Part shown: piece after piece, positions 38,911-47,054 of the stretch
Layout: every line of letters starts with the position of its first letter
How positions within the stretch are numbered: position 1 is the first letter of the stretch
Assembly: GCA_009908855.1 (NCBI GenBank)
Contig: JAAAOM010000048.1
Location: 64,867-128,866 of the forward strand
From: Bacteroidota bacterium
Lineage (GTDB): Bacteria > Bacteroidota > Bacteroidia > Bacteroidales > JAAAOM01
DNA: 64,000 nt
Direction: 5' to 3'
The notes under the pieces: model-generated
Databases searched by the model: none
What the model was told of the DNA's origin: nothing
The model's input: only the letters and a program-made list of their open reading frames with translations
Made by a program: the position numbers and the translations under genes

Positions 38911-39918
38911 ATGACGTTCAAAAGACTTCTAACACTGCTGGTAATTGCATTATTGTTAATAAAATGTGGCGACCGGACACCTGATGTTGAGAATATTACA
39001 GTAAATACTACTATCAACCGGTTTGATAAGGATATTTTTAATGTAACGTTAGACAAATTAAATGAAGAGATTGATCAATTAATTCAGCAATACCCCGATT
39101 TTTTACCGCTTTACAGTCATCGTATCGTAAGTCTGGGGGCTCCTGAGAATCCGGCATTTCCTGATTTTCTGCAACAGTTTTTAACCGATTATTTTGTGTA
39201 TCAGACTTATAAAAAAGTACAGGAGAAATTTCCGAATCTCAATTGGTTGGAAAAAGACCTTAATAATGCCTTTCAATATTTCAGGTATTATTTCCCGCAA
39301 AAACCAGTTCCCAGGTTTTATACCTTTATTGGCGGATTCAATCAATCCATTGTTACCGCTGATAGTCTCATTGGCATAGGGTTAGATAAATACCTGGGTG
39401 CATACGAGGAGTTTTATTTACGTATGGACCCGCCTTTTCCTGAATACCAAAGAAGACGCATGAGGCCTGAAAATATTAATCCCGATTGTGTTCAGGCATG
39501 GCTGGTTACTGAATTTCCTTATGTCGATTCAACAAACAACCTGATCAATAATATTATTTATGAAGGCCAAATAGTATATGGTATGGAAAAACTCATGCCT
39601 GCCATACATGATACCCTGCTATTTAATTTCACAGCTGAACAATTAAAGTTCTGTGTGAATAACGAAAAAACCATGTGGACTTACCTGATTGAAAATAAGC
39701 TGTTATTTAATAATGATAAATTCATGATACGAAAATTTGTCGGTGAAGGGCCTTTCACAAAGGATTTTTCGCAAGAATCACCCGGAAAGGCTGTTGTTTG
39801 GTTAGGACGGGAAATTATTAAAAGCTATATGAGTAACAATAAAGAACTGACGCTGCAGGACTTGATGCAAGAAAGCAATTATCAAAAAATTCTGAATAAC
39901 TCAGGGTATAATCCTTAA
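38911..39918 (+). CDS. gldB: Gliding motility lipoprotein GldB
   Basis: 335 aa with a lipobox (LLIKC). The pattern INRFDKDIF..., W.YLIENKLLF, GEGPFTKDF.QESPGK, WLGREIIKSYM matches my recollection of Flavobacterium GldB. Confidence 0.7.
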   Translation: MTFKRLLTLLVIALLLIKCGDRTPDVENITVNTTINRFDKDIFNVTLDKLNEEIDQLIQQYPDFLPLYSHRIVSLGAPENPAFPDFLQQFLTDYFVYQTYKKVQEKFPNLNWLEKDLNNAFQYFRYYFPQKPVPRFYTFIGGFNQSIVTADSLIGIGLDKYLGAYEEFYLRMDPPFPEYQRRRMRPENINPDCVQAWLVTEFPYVDSTNNLINNIIYEGQIVYGMEKLMPAIHDTLLFNFTAEQLKFCVNNEKTMWTYLIENKLLFNNDKFMIRKFVGEGPFTKDFSQESPGKAVVWLGREIIKSYMSNNKELTLQDLMQESNYQKILNNSGYNP

Positions 39919-39938
39919 ATATTGACGAAAAAAGTTAA

Positions 39939-40643
39939 ATGAAGCGATATAAACACATATTTTTTGATCTGGACCGCACACTGTGGGACTTTGAATCGAA
40001 TGCCCGCGAAGCCTTTTTCGATATTTTTGAAGAATTTTCACTGCATGACCAAATACCGGATATTTATGCATTTATCGAGAAATATCATTTACACAACGAT
40101 CGGTTGTGGTCCTCATTCAGAAATGGGCTTATAAAAAAAGAGTTTCTGCGAACCGAACGATTTCATAAAACCCTGAAAGATTTCGGTATTAACAATACCC
40201 TTCTGGCCAGTGAAATAGGTGGCCGCTACCTGGACATTACGCCAAACAAAACCAATCTTGTGCCCTATGCTGCCGAATCGCTTAACTATCTGTCGCTGAA
40301 AAATTATAAATTACACGTGATTACCAACGGCTTTAAGACGGTGCAGGTGCAAAAATTAAAATCCTGTAATTTGCTTCAATATTTTACCGGTATAATTACA
40401 TCCGATGATGTAGAAAAACAAAAACCCCATTCGGATATATTTGAATTCGCCTTAAGTTCAACCAATGCCGTAAAGAAATCGAGTATTATGATAGGTGATG
40501 ATTGGGAGGTTGATATTTTGGGTGCCCAACGATTTGGTTTGGACCAGGTTTATTTTAACCCTGAAAAAAATGCATTGATGGACGGTTTTAGCCCAACTTT
40601 TGAGATATATTCATTGCAGGAATTAAAAAGAATATTTAACTAA
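39939..40643 (+). CDS. HAD-IA family hydrolase (YjjG-like pyrimidine 5'-nucleotidase type)
   Basis: 234 aa with HAD motif I (FFDLDRTLWDF), motif II (ITNG) and motif IV (GDDWEVD). Confidence 0.85.
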   Translation: MKRYKHIFFDLDRTLWDFESNAREAFFDIFEEFSLHDQIPDIYAFIEKYHLHNDRLWSSFRNGLIKKEFLRTERFHKTLKDFGINNTLLASEIGGRYLDITPNKTNLVPYAAESLNYLSLKNYKLHVITNGFKTVQVQKLKSCNLLQYFTGIITSDDVEKQKPHSDIFEFALSSTNAVKKSSIMIGDDWEVDILGAQRFGLDQVYFNPEKNALMDGFSPTFEIYSLQELKRIFN

Positions 40644-40659
40644 GGAAACATTTAAATAG

Positions 40660-41271
40660 TTACTCAATCTCGCCTACTCCTTGCCTCACGATCAACACTT
40701 CATCACCTGTACAATCCACCACAGTTGAAGGTTGATTACCGCCAAATCCGCCGTTGATCACAATTTCAACCTGATTTTCATATTTTTCATAAATCAATTC
40801 CGGGTCGGTTGTATATTCAAGCATATCATCATCGTCCCGAATAGAGGTTGTAAGGATGGGGTGGCCCAACATTTCTACAATAGAAGTTGCAATATTGTTA
40901 TCAGGTATTCGAATACCTATTGTTCTTTTTTTCGATTTAAACAAGCGTGGTACTTTGTTATTCGCTTCAAGGATAAATGTATATGGGCCCGGCAAATATT
41001 GTTTCATAAGTTTAAAAACAGGGTTGCTAACTGGTCGTGCATATTCCGACAATGTGCTAAAGTCGTTACAAATTATAGAAAAATCAGCCTTTTCCAATTT
41101 CACCCCTTTTAACCACGCCACTTTTTCAGCCGCTTTTTGCTGATATAAATCGCATCCCAAAGCGTAAACTGTATCGGTCGGAAAAATTATTACCCCTCCA
41201 CTTTTAAGTGTGTCAATAACCTGGTTTAGTAACCTTTCCTGAGGTGTCTCAGGATGTATCTGTAATAACAT
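40660..41271 (-). CDS. tsaC: L-threonylcarbamoyladenylate synthase (TsaC/YrdC/Sua5 family, single domain)
   Basis: 203 aa. GGVIIFPTDTVYALGCD, PGPYTFIL, IGIRIPD, STVVDCT blocks. Confidence 0.9.
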   Translation of the reverse strand: MLLQIHPETPQERLLNQVIDTLKSGGVIIFPTDTVYALGCDLYQQKAAEKVAWLKGVKLEKADFSIICNDFSTLSEYARPVSNPVFKLMKQYLPGPYTFILEANNKVPRLFKSKKRTIGIRIPDNNIATSIVEMLGHPILTTSIRDDDDMLEYTTDPELIYEKYENQVEIVINGGFGGNQPSTVVDCTGDEVLIVRQGVGEIE

Positions 41272-41339
41272 GACGAATACCTCCTCATTCTTTTAACAAG
41301 TTTACGAAGGTAATGGTTTGATGGTTATGTCGTATGGTA

Positions 41340-41957
41340 TTACGTATAATTGCTGTTGTTTTTATTGATTTTCCAGGGTATATCCTCGGCATCGTTGTCT
41401 TCAGAATTTTCCCCTTCTTCTTCCTCCTCATCCTCATATAACCAGGATGGTCGCTGAGATGATGGTCCATAATGCCTGAAAATATATGCACAAAACAACC
41501 CGATAAGACCGCCAAATAAATGCGATTCCCACGACATGCCTTCGCGTATGGGGAATATCCCCCAAACCATACTGCCATACAAAAAGGAAACCAATAGCGA
41601 TAAGGCCATTAAATTAATATTTCGTCGGAAAATACCACTAAAGAAAATAAATGATGCGAGCGCATAAACAATCCCGCTCGCTCCAATGTGATAGGAATTC
41701 CTTGCAAAGGCCCATACGAGAATATCTGTGCCCAACCAAAAAATTAACAAGAGCGGATAAGCAATACGCTTATAGAAATAGAGCAATGCCAGGGTTAGTG
41801 AAAAAAGGGGTACTGAGTTGTTTATTAAATGTTTGAAACCTGAATGAATAAACGGAGTGAAAATTATTCCTTTTAAACCCGATATTTTGCGCGGGAAAAC
41901 ACCCCAATCTGAAAAATCGGCAGGTAAAGCTACCTCAACCAGCTTTACATACCACAT
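41340..41957 (-). CDS. Rhomboid family intramembrane serine protease
   Basis: 205 aa with HLINNSVPL (H..N), the catalytic GASG (HIGASGIVYAL) and SHLFGGLIG, plus an acidic C-terminal tail (EDEEEEEGENSEDND). Confidence 0.85.
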   Translation of the reverse strand: MWYVKLVEVALPADFSDWGVFPRKISGLKGIIFTPFIHSGFKHLINNSVPLFSLTLALLYFYKRIAYPLLLIFWLGTDILVWAFARNSYHIGASGIVYALASFIFFSGIFRRNINLMALSLLVSFLYGSMVWGIFPIREGMSWESHLFGGLIGLFCAYIFRHYGPSSQRPSWLYEDEEEEEGENSEDNDAEDIPWKINKNNSNYT

Positions 41958-42022
41958 AGCGAATAAAATCAGGAGGGTTACGAATAAACTTATTCGAAAC
42001 CTCCTTTTATCATTTTGTTCTT

Positions 42023-42412
42023 CTATGTTTTGTTCTCCAGTAATGATTTAAAATCTTTCAGCCCCTGTTCAAAATCCGGGGCCAGCATTTTGTCCAAAAA
42101 TAACCCAAAAAATCTGCCAACCGGATAATTTAATTCACTTTCATTGATCCAGGTTACTTTGGTGCCATTTTGTACATCCTCTAACTTCCAGATATCCCGT
42201 GCTTCCATTGGGTTGGGCTCGATGAAAGTTAATTCGTTCTCTATAAGAACAGGACGTTCATAATTTTTGATCTCCAGAGACCCCTTGCCAATGGTATCAC
42301 CTTCCCAAACCCATTTATGGCCTGCATTACCGGGTATTCCGGTGATTTCATGTGAAGAACCGGGTTCTTTTTTCGACCAGGGATTCCATTGTTTATACAC
42401 ATGGAAATCCAT
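42023..42412 (-). CDS. SRPBCC (START/Bet v1-like) family protein, apparently N-terminally short
   Basis: 129 aa. WNPWSK...TWINESELNYPVGRFFGLFLDKMLAPDFEQGL matches the polyketide_cyc2-type C-terminal helix pattern. An in-frame stop lies 5 codons upstream of the Met. Confidence 0.55.
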   Translation of the reverse strand: MDFHVYKQWNPWSKKEPGSSHEITGIPGNAGHKWVWEGDTIGKGSLEIKNYERPVLIENELTFIEPNPMEARDIWKLEDVQNGTKVTWINESELNYPVGRFFGLFLDKMLAPDFEQGLKDFKSLLENKT

Positions 42413-42462
42413 TAGTGCATTGAATTAATTAACATTTTTACCCCAAATAATCCGCGATCCAT

Positions 42463-42470
42463 TAAATTTG
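42463..42470 (+). promoter_or_regulatory. Candidate -7 box for ispE (TAAATTTG)
   Basis: Perfect TAnnTTTG only 12 nt upstream of the ATG at 42482, which implies a very short leader. Confidence 0.3.
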
Positions 42471-42481
42471 AAACCAAAAAC

Positions 42482-43300
42482 ATGATATTATTTCCGAATG
42501 CCAAAATAAATCTTGGGTTGTATATCACCGAAAAAAGGAGGGATGGTTTTCACAATATAGAGTCAGTTTTTTATCCGGTAGAATTGTGTGATATACTTGA
42601 ATTTATCCCGAATAAAACAGGCCAAATAAATTTTAATTCTTCCGGAATTGAAATTGACGCTCCGTCTGAAAATAATTTATGCATTCAGGCATACAAGCTA
42701 ATCAGACAAAAAAAAGATTTGCCGGGGTTGGATATTCATCTTCGTAAAATAATTCCCATAGGCGCAGGCCTCGGGGGAGGATCAGCCGATGCTGCTTTTA
42801 TGCTAAAGGGCCTGAACGATTATTTCGCATTGAAATTATCGAATAGCGAATTAAAAGATATGGCGGCTGCGTTGGGCAGCGACTGTGCATTTTTTATTGA
42901 TAACAATCCTGCCCTGGCCACCCAACGTGGCGATGTATTAGAACCCGTACTTATGGGTTTGTCATGGCTGTCGGTTATTGTGGTGTACCCCAATATTCAT
43001 GTCTCCACCAAAGAAGCTTATAGTAACATTATACCCAATAAACCCGCCCATGATTTAAAAGAAACCATTGAAGGATCATTCATGGACTGGAAAGATATGC
43101 TGAAAAATGATTTTGAAGGATCGATAGCGGAAAAATATCCGGTAATTCAGGAGATTAAAAACAAATTGTATGACATGGGTGCGGTTTATGCCTCTATGAC
43201 AGGGAGTGGTTCAGCCGTTTATGGAATTTTTAATAAAATTCCGGAAGAAAACCCCAACTGGCCAAAGGATTATTTTGTGTGGAATGGTAAATTAAAGTAA
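42482..43300 (+). CDS. ispE: 4-(cytidine 5'-diphospho)-2-C-methyl-D-erythritol kinase
   Basis: 272 aa. PNAKINLGL N-terminus and the GHMP kinase motif PIGAGLGGGSADAA. Confidence 0.93.
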   Translation: MILFPNAKINLGLYITEKRRDGFHNIESVFYPVELCDILEFIPNKTGQINFNSSGIEIDAPSENNLCIQAYKLIRQKKDLPGLDIHLRKIIPIGAGLGGGSADAAFMLKGLNDYFALKLSNSELKDMAAALGSDCAFFIDNNPALATQRGDVLEPVLMGLSWLSVIVVYPNIHVSTKEAYSNIIPNKPAHDLKETIEGSFMDWKDMLKNDFEGSIAEKYPVIQEIKNKLYDMGAVYASMTGSGSAVYGIFNKIPEENPNWPKDYFVWNGKLK

Positions 43301-43753
43301 TTAAATCTTTCGCAACCTGTCATGCTCTCTTTTCAGGTCTTTCTTCTTAATGTCTTCGCGCTTGTCATATTCTTTCTTACCCCTTGCCAGTGCAATTTGT
43401 ACTTTGGCCAGGTTCCGGGCATTAATGTATAGCCGGGTGGCAATTATGGTGTGGCCTTTTTCCCTGACTTTTTTTTCGAGTTTTTTTAATTCCTGCTTTT
43501 TAAGCAATAGCTTTCTCGATCGCTTGGGTTCATGGTTTAAGTAGGTGCCAAATTCATATTCAGAGATATGCATGTTCTCCACATACAATTCATGGTCGTG
43601 AAAACGGCAAAAAGTATCAACCAGGCTGGCTTTTCCCCCTCGAATCGACTTAATTTCAGTGCCGTATAGTTTAATGCCTGCTTCATACTTTTCGATCCAT
43701 TCATAATCGAATGAAGCGCGCTTATTTTTTATGTTAATTCCGCTGTCGCTCAT
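43301..43753 (-). CDS. smpB: SsrA-binding protein
   Basis: The start at [36 protein letters not shown] is the canonical SmpB N-terminus and is supported by a TATCTTTG box 32 nt upstream. The longer ORF to 43840 is rejected. Confidence 0.93.
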   Translation of the reverse strand: MSDSGINIKNKRASFDYEWIEKYEAGIKLYGTEIKSIRGGKASLVDTFCRFHDHELYVENMHISEYEFGTYLNHEPKRSRKLLLKKQELKKLEKKVREKGHTIIATRLYINARNLAKVQIALARGKKEYDKREDIKKKDLKREHDRLRKI

Positions 43754-43784
43754 ATTTAGATTTACCCTTTCGGTCAAAACCATG

Positions 43785-43792
43785 CAAAGATA
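43785..43792 (-). promoter_or_regulatory. Candidate -7 box for smpB (TATCTTTG on the minus strand)
   Basis: CAAAGATA on the plus strand, 32 nt upstream of the smpB ATG (43753). Confidence 0.35.
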
Positions 43793-43824
43793 ATGGGATA
43801 TTTTCTTTATATTCAACTTTACAA

Positions 43825-43832
43825 TACATTTG
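43825..43832 (+). promoter_or_regulatory. Candidate -7 box for the first miaA paralog (TACATTTG)
   Basis: Perfect TAnnTTTG ending 7 nt before the ATG at 43839, which implies a leaderless or near-leaderless mRNA. Confidence 0.3.
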
Positions 43833-43838
43833 TTTTTC

Positions 43839-44762
43839 ATGAATCCATCACCCTATAACCTGATTGTCATCCTGGGACCTACTGCCTCAGGCAAAACTGC
43901 TTTCGCTGCTCACCTGGCTTATGAAATTGAGGGGGAGATTATTTCTGCCGATTCCAGACAACTCTATAAGAAAATGAATGTTGGAACAGGAAAGGATTAT
44001 GAGGATTATATTGTCCATGAAACGAAAATTCCCTATCATCTCATTGATATTGCCAATCCCGGTTATAAATACAATGTATATGAATTTCAGCAGGATTTTT
44101 TGAAAGCTTATGATCTCATTCGTTCCAATAATCGTTTCCCTGTTTTATGTGGTGGCACGGGTATGTACATCGAGGCGGTAACCAAAAATTATGAACTCAT
44201 AGCTGTGCCTCTAAACCATGAATTAAGGGAAGAGCTGGACAAAAAGACAGATGAGGAACTTACTGAAATTCTAAAATCATACCGCACATTGCATAATACG
44301 AGTGATACCGACACACGTAAAAGGCTCATCCGTGCCATCGAAATTGTTATGTACCAATATAACAATTCGGATAAGAAAAAGAAATTACCAACCATTAACC
44401 CCTTATATATTGGTATAAAGTTCGATCGGAATACACGCCGTGAGCGCATAACCAACCGATTGTATAACCGACTGAACAATGGGATGATAAAAGAAGTGGA
44501 AAAACTTCTGGATGATGGGGTTGCGCCGGATGACCTGATTTTTTACGGTCTTGAATACAAATACGTTACCCATTATTTAACCAATAAATTATCTTACGAT
44601 GACATGGTTCAGAAACTGAATATTGCCATTCATCAGTTTGCCAAACGTCAGATGACCTGGTTTCGGAAAATGGAACGACAGGGAGACCATATACATTGGA
44701 TCGATGGTGCTTCACCCATGCCACATAAGGTAGAAAAGGCCTTGCAATGGATTTATCCTTAA
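43839..44762 (+). CDS. miaA: tRNA dimethylallyltransferase family protein, divergent paralog
   Basis: P-loop [43 protein letters not shown]. The start is taken at the first ATG (MNPSPYN...); the ORF-track start at 43830 is a TTG inside the -7 box. Confidence 0.82.
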   Translation: MNPSPYNLIVILGPTASGKTAFAAHLAYEIEGEIISADSRQLYKKMNVGTGKDYEDYIVHETKIPYHLIDIANPGYKYNVYEFQQDFLKAYDLIRSNNRFPVLCGGTGMYIEAVTKNYELIAVPLNHELREELDKKTDEELTEILKSYRTLHNTSDTDTRKRLIRAIEIVMYQYNNSDKKKKLPTINPLYIGIKFDRNTRRERITNRLYNRLNNGMIKEVEKLLDDGVAPDDLIFYGLEYKYVTHYLTNKLSYDDMVQKLNIAIHQFAKRQMTWFRKMERQGDHIHWIDGASPMPHKVEKALQWIYP

Positions 44763-45190
44763 AAACGGGTATATTCCTTTACTACAATAAGCACGAGCAG
44801 GTAAAGAAAAAATAATACATTGGTCAGGGTAACAGTTGTATTGTATTCCGTTCGTTTATGCTTAATTTTTCTTCGGATCATAATCGTTATGTTGGGTACA
44901 ATGGCAGCCAGCAAAAACAAAATGAAATACGGATTTAAATAGGTTTGGGTATAACTAATGAAATTTGATTGTGTAGGTTTCTCGGAAAATATGAGAAAAT
45001 ATAAAAATACCAAAAACATGAACTGATAAAGTAAGTAGCTAACTTTTAATGAAATGGTCGATACTTTTCGTTTTCTGTGAACTCTTAAAGGTTGAATGAA
45101 GTATATACTCAACATAAAAAAAATCAAAAAGCTCAAAATAAAAATAAACTCATGTATATTATTCATAAAACCCACACATTTTGAAAACAA
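44759..45190 (-). CDS. Hypothetical small polytopic membrane protein
   Basis: 143 aa, AT-rich, with about 4 hydrophobic helices separated by Lys/Arg-rich loops. No family recognised. Its 3' end overlaps the miaA stop by 4 nt. Confidence 0.45.
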   Translation of the reverse strand: MFSKCVGFMNNIHEFIFILSFLIFFMLSIYFIQPLRVHRKRKVSTISLKVSYLLYQFMFLVFLYFLIFSEKPTQSNFISYTQTYLNPYFILFLLAAIVPNITIMIRRKIKHKRTEYNTTVTLTNVLFFLYLLVLIVVKEYTRF

Positions 45191-45274
45191 GATTTATAAT
45201 AATACTATTTAGATGCAATCCAAATAATCCAGTCCTAATTACCTGATTAACATGTATTCTAATATAGAAAAAAA

Positions 45275-46678
45275 TTATCTCTTTTTCAAAAGGACAATAT
45301 TTTCGACGTGATGGGTATGCGGGAACATGTCAACCGGCTGAACCCGGGTTACTTCATACATTTCAGATAAAAGCTCTATATCGCGGGCCTGTGTTGCCGA
45401 ATTGCAACTCACATAAACAATTCTATCCGGCGATGCTACTTTTATAACTTCCAACACATCTTTATGCATTCCTGCACGTGGCGGGTCTGTAATAATAACT
45501 TGCGGTTTGCCGTGAGCGTTGAGAAATTCATTATTCAGCACCTCCTTCATATCCCCTGAAAAAAATGAAGCATTGGCGATACTGTTGATCTCAGCATTTT
45601 CACGGGCATCATCAATAGCTTCAGGAACATATTCAATCCCTATTATTTTTTTACAGTGCCTGGCCATAAACAGTGCAATAGAACCCGTACCGGTATATAA
45701 ATCGTATACCGTATCATTTTGAGAAAGATCAGCCAATTCAAGTGTTTTGGAATACAATTGCAGTGCCTGTCGGCTGTTGGTCTGAAAAAATGATTTTGGG
45801 CCAATTTTAAATGTTAATTCTTCCAATTGTTCATAAATACAATCAGCACCTTTAAAAATATGAACATCCTGATCCGGAATTGTATCATTTGCCTTTTGGT
45901 TGATAATGTATAACAACGAATTGATTTGTGAAAAACGGGAAGCAATAAACTGCATCAATTTCTCACGCTGTGCAGGTAAATCTTCATAAAATACCACAAT
46001 CACCATAAGCTGGCCCGTACCGGTATTACGTATAATCAAATTACGTAATAAGCCGGTTTGTTCCTTATGATTGAAAAATGTATATCCATTCTGGTATGCG
46101 AACGATTTAATTTCGTTACGTATCTCATTGGAAGGATCACTTTGTAAGTAACATTTGTCAATATCAACAATGCGATCGAACATCCCGGGCACATGAAAAC
46201 CCAGTGCCCTTCGGTCCTGAAATTCTTTACCACTGTTTATTTCCTCATCGCTCAGCCAACGACTGTCCGAAAATGTAAATTCAAGTTTATTTCGGTAATA
46301 TGTATTCTCATCTGCACCAATGATCGGGTCAGTGCGGGAAATATCACATTTACCAATACGGACAAGATGATCCAGCACCTGTTGTTCCTTAAATTTTAAT
46401 TGCTCAGCATAAGGCAAATGCTGCCATTTACAACCACCGCAAACCCCAAAATGTTGGCAAAACGGCTCGGTTCGCAACATTGATTTCTGTTTGTATGCTA
46501 TCGGTACAGCTTCCAGATATTTTTTGCGTTTCCTGATTACCTGCACATCAAGCACATCTCCCGGAGCCGTCAATGGTACAAATATCACCTTCCCCTCATG
46601 TTTGCCCAGTGATTTACCCTCGCTGGCCATATCCGTGATTACCAGATTATCAATCCTGGGCAGCTTTCTTTTTCCCAT
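45275..46678 (-). CDS. rlmD: 23S rRNA (uracil-C5)-methyltransferase RlmD (RumA family)
   Basis: 467 aa with a TRAM domain N-terminus, an Fe-S Cys cluster (CQHFGVCGGCKWQH), a SAM fold (DLYTGTGSIAL) and the catalytic VYVSCN. Confidence 0.9.
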   Translation of the reverse strand: MGKRKLPRIDNLVITDMASEGKSLGKHEGKVIFVPLTAPGDVLDVQVIRKRKKYLEAVPIAYKQKSMLRTEPFCQHFGVCGGCKWQHLPYAEQLKFKEQQVLDHLVRIGKCDISRTDPIIGADENTYYRNKLEFTFSDSRWLSDEEINSGKEFQDRRALGFHVPGMFDRIVDIDKCYLQSDPSNEIRNEIKSFAYQNGYTFFNHKEQTGLLRNLIIRNTGTGQLMVIVVFYEDLPAQREKLMQFIASRFSQINSLLYIINQKANDTIPDQDVHIFKGADCIYEQLEELTFKIGPKSFFQTNSRQALQLYSKTLELADLSQNDTVYDLYTGTGSIALFMARHCKKIIGIEYVPEAIDDARENAEINSIANASFFSGDMKEVLNNEFLNAHGKPQVIITDPPRAGMHKDVLEVIKVASPDRIVYVSCNSATQARDIELLSEMYEVTRVQPVDMFPHTHHVENIVLLKKR

Positions 46679-46694
46679 GTTGCCAAAATTTCGG

Positions 46695-46702
46695 CAAATA
46701 TA
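46695..46702 (-). promoter_or_regulatory. Candidate -7 box for rlmD (TATATTTG on the minus strand)
   Basis: CAAATATA on the plus strand, 17 nt upstream of the ATG at 46678. Confidence 0.35.
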
Positions 46703-46798
46703 AGCAATTACCCTTGCGGGGCAATGAACAAGGCAATGCCTAAAGATGTAAGATTATATCTTCATACTTCTTCAATCGAAAATCACGAATCGCAAATC

Positions 46799-46982
46799 AA
46801 TGCCGTTTAGTTAACAGAATTTGCCCACACACACCCTTTTGTTATTCACCGCCAATTGGCGGTTCATGAGATCGCTTCGCTTAGTTCCCTAAAGGGATCA
46901 GCGCGCAGGCCTTCGACTTCAGGGGATTCAGGGGTGCGCGAGGGAAGGCTAATTATAAAATGAGCCTTAGCTAAACGACATT
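46799..46982. other. GC-rich structured island: candidate small ncRNA or MITE-like element (unclassified)
   Basis: A 16-bp long-range helix (46799-46814 with 46967-46982: 14 Watson-Crick, 1 G-U, 1 mismatch) encloses several hairpins: ACCGCCAATTGGCGGT (46848-46863), TCCC-TAAA-GGGA (46886-46897), CGCGCA/TGCGCG (46902-46907 with 46935-46940) and AAGGCT/AGCCTT (46945-46950 with 46963-46968). No ORF. It lies outside both flanking predicted 5' UTRs. Confidence 0.3.
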
Positions 46983-46995
46983 TATTTGGATATAG

Positions 46996-47003
46996 TAATT
47001 TTG
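46996..47003 (+). promoter_or_regulatory. Candidate -7 box (TAATTTTG) for the YdjM-like hydrolase gene
   Basis: Perfect TAnnTTTG, 52 nt upstream of the ATG at 47055. Confidence 0.35.
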
Positions 47004-47025
47004 ACACTAAACATTCCATTCAGTA

Positions 47026-47041
47026 TACCTGTTTACAGGTA
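47026..47041. promoter_or_regulatory. Perfect palindrome TACCTGT-TT-ACAGGTA in the predicted 5' UTR (operator or small hairpin)
   Basis: 7-bp inverted arms separated by 2 nt, ending 14 nt upstream of the ATG at 47055. Confidence 0.25.
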
Positions 47042-47054
47042 AATAAAAGTTTAA

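Noticed and set aside
43754-43840. The N-terminal extension of the smpB ORF ([29 protein letters not shown]).
   Set aside because: The canonical SmpB N-terminus starts at the internal Met. A -7 box lies inside the extension, and the extension would overlap the divergent miaA promoter and start.
46799-46982. Considered whether the inverted-arm element is an integron attC site, because GTTAAC and CTAAAC resemble core and inverse-core sequences.
   Set aside because: Neither arm matches RYYYAAC / GTTRRRY in a consistent orientation. No integrase or cassette array is nearby, and the internal multi-hairpin content is unlike an attC bulged hairpin.
47026-47041. Considered the palindrome TACCTGT-TT-ACAGGTA upstream of the YdjM-like gene as an SOS (LexA) box, because E. 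coli ydjM is LexA-regulated.
   Set aside because: The E. coli-type box is CTGT-N8-ACAG. Here the spacer is only 2 nt, and I cannot recall a Bacteroidota LexA motif that fits. It is kept only as a generic palindrome or hairpin.
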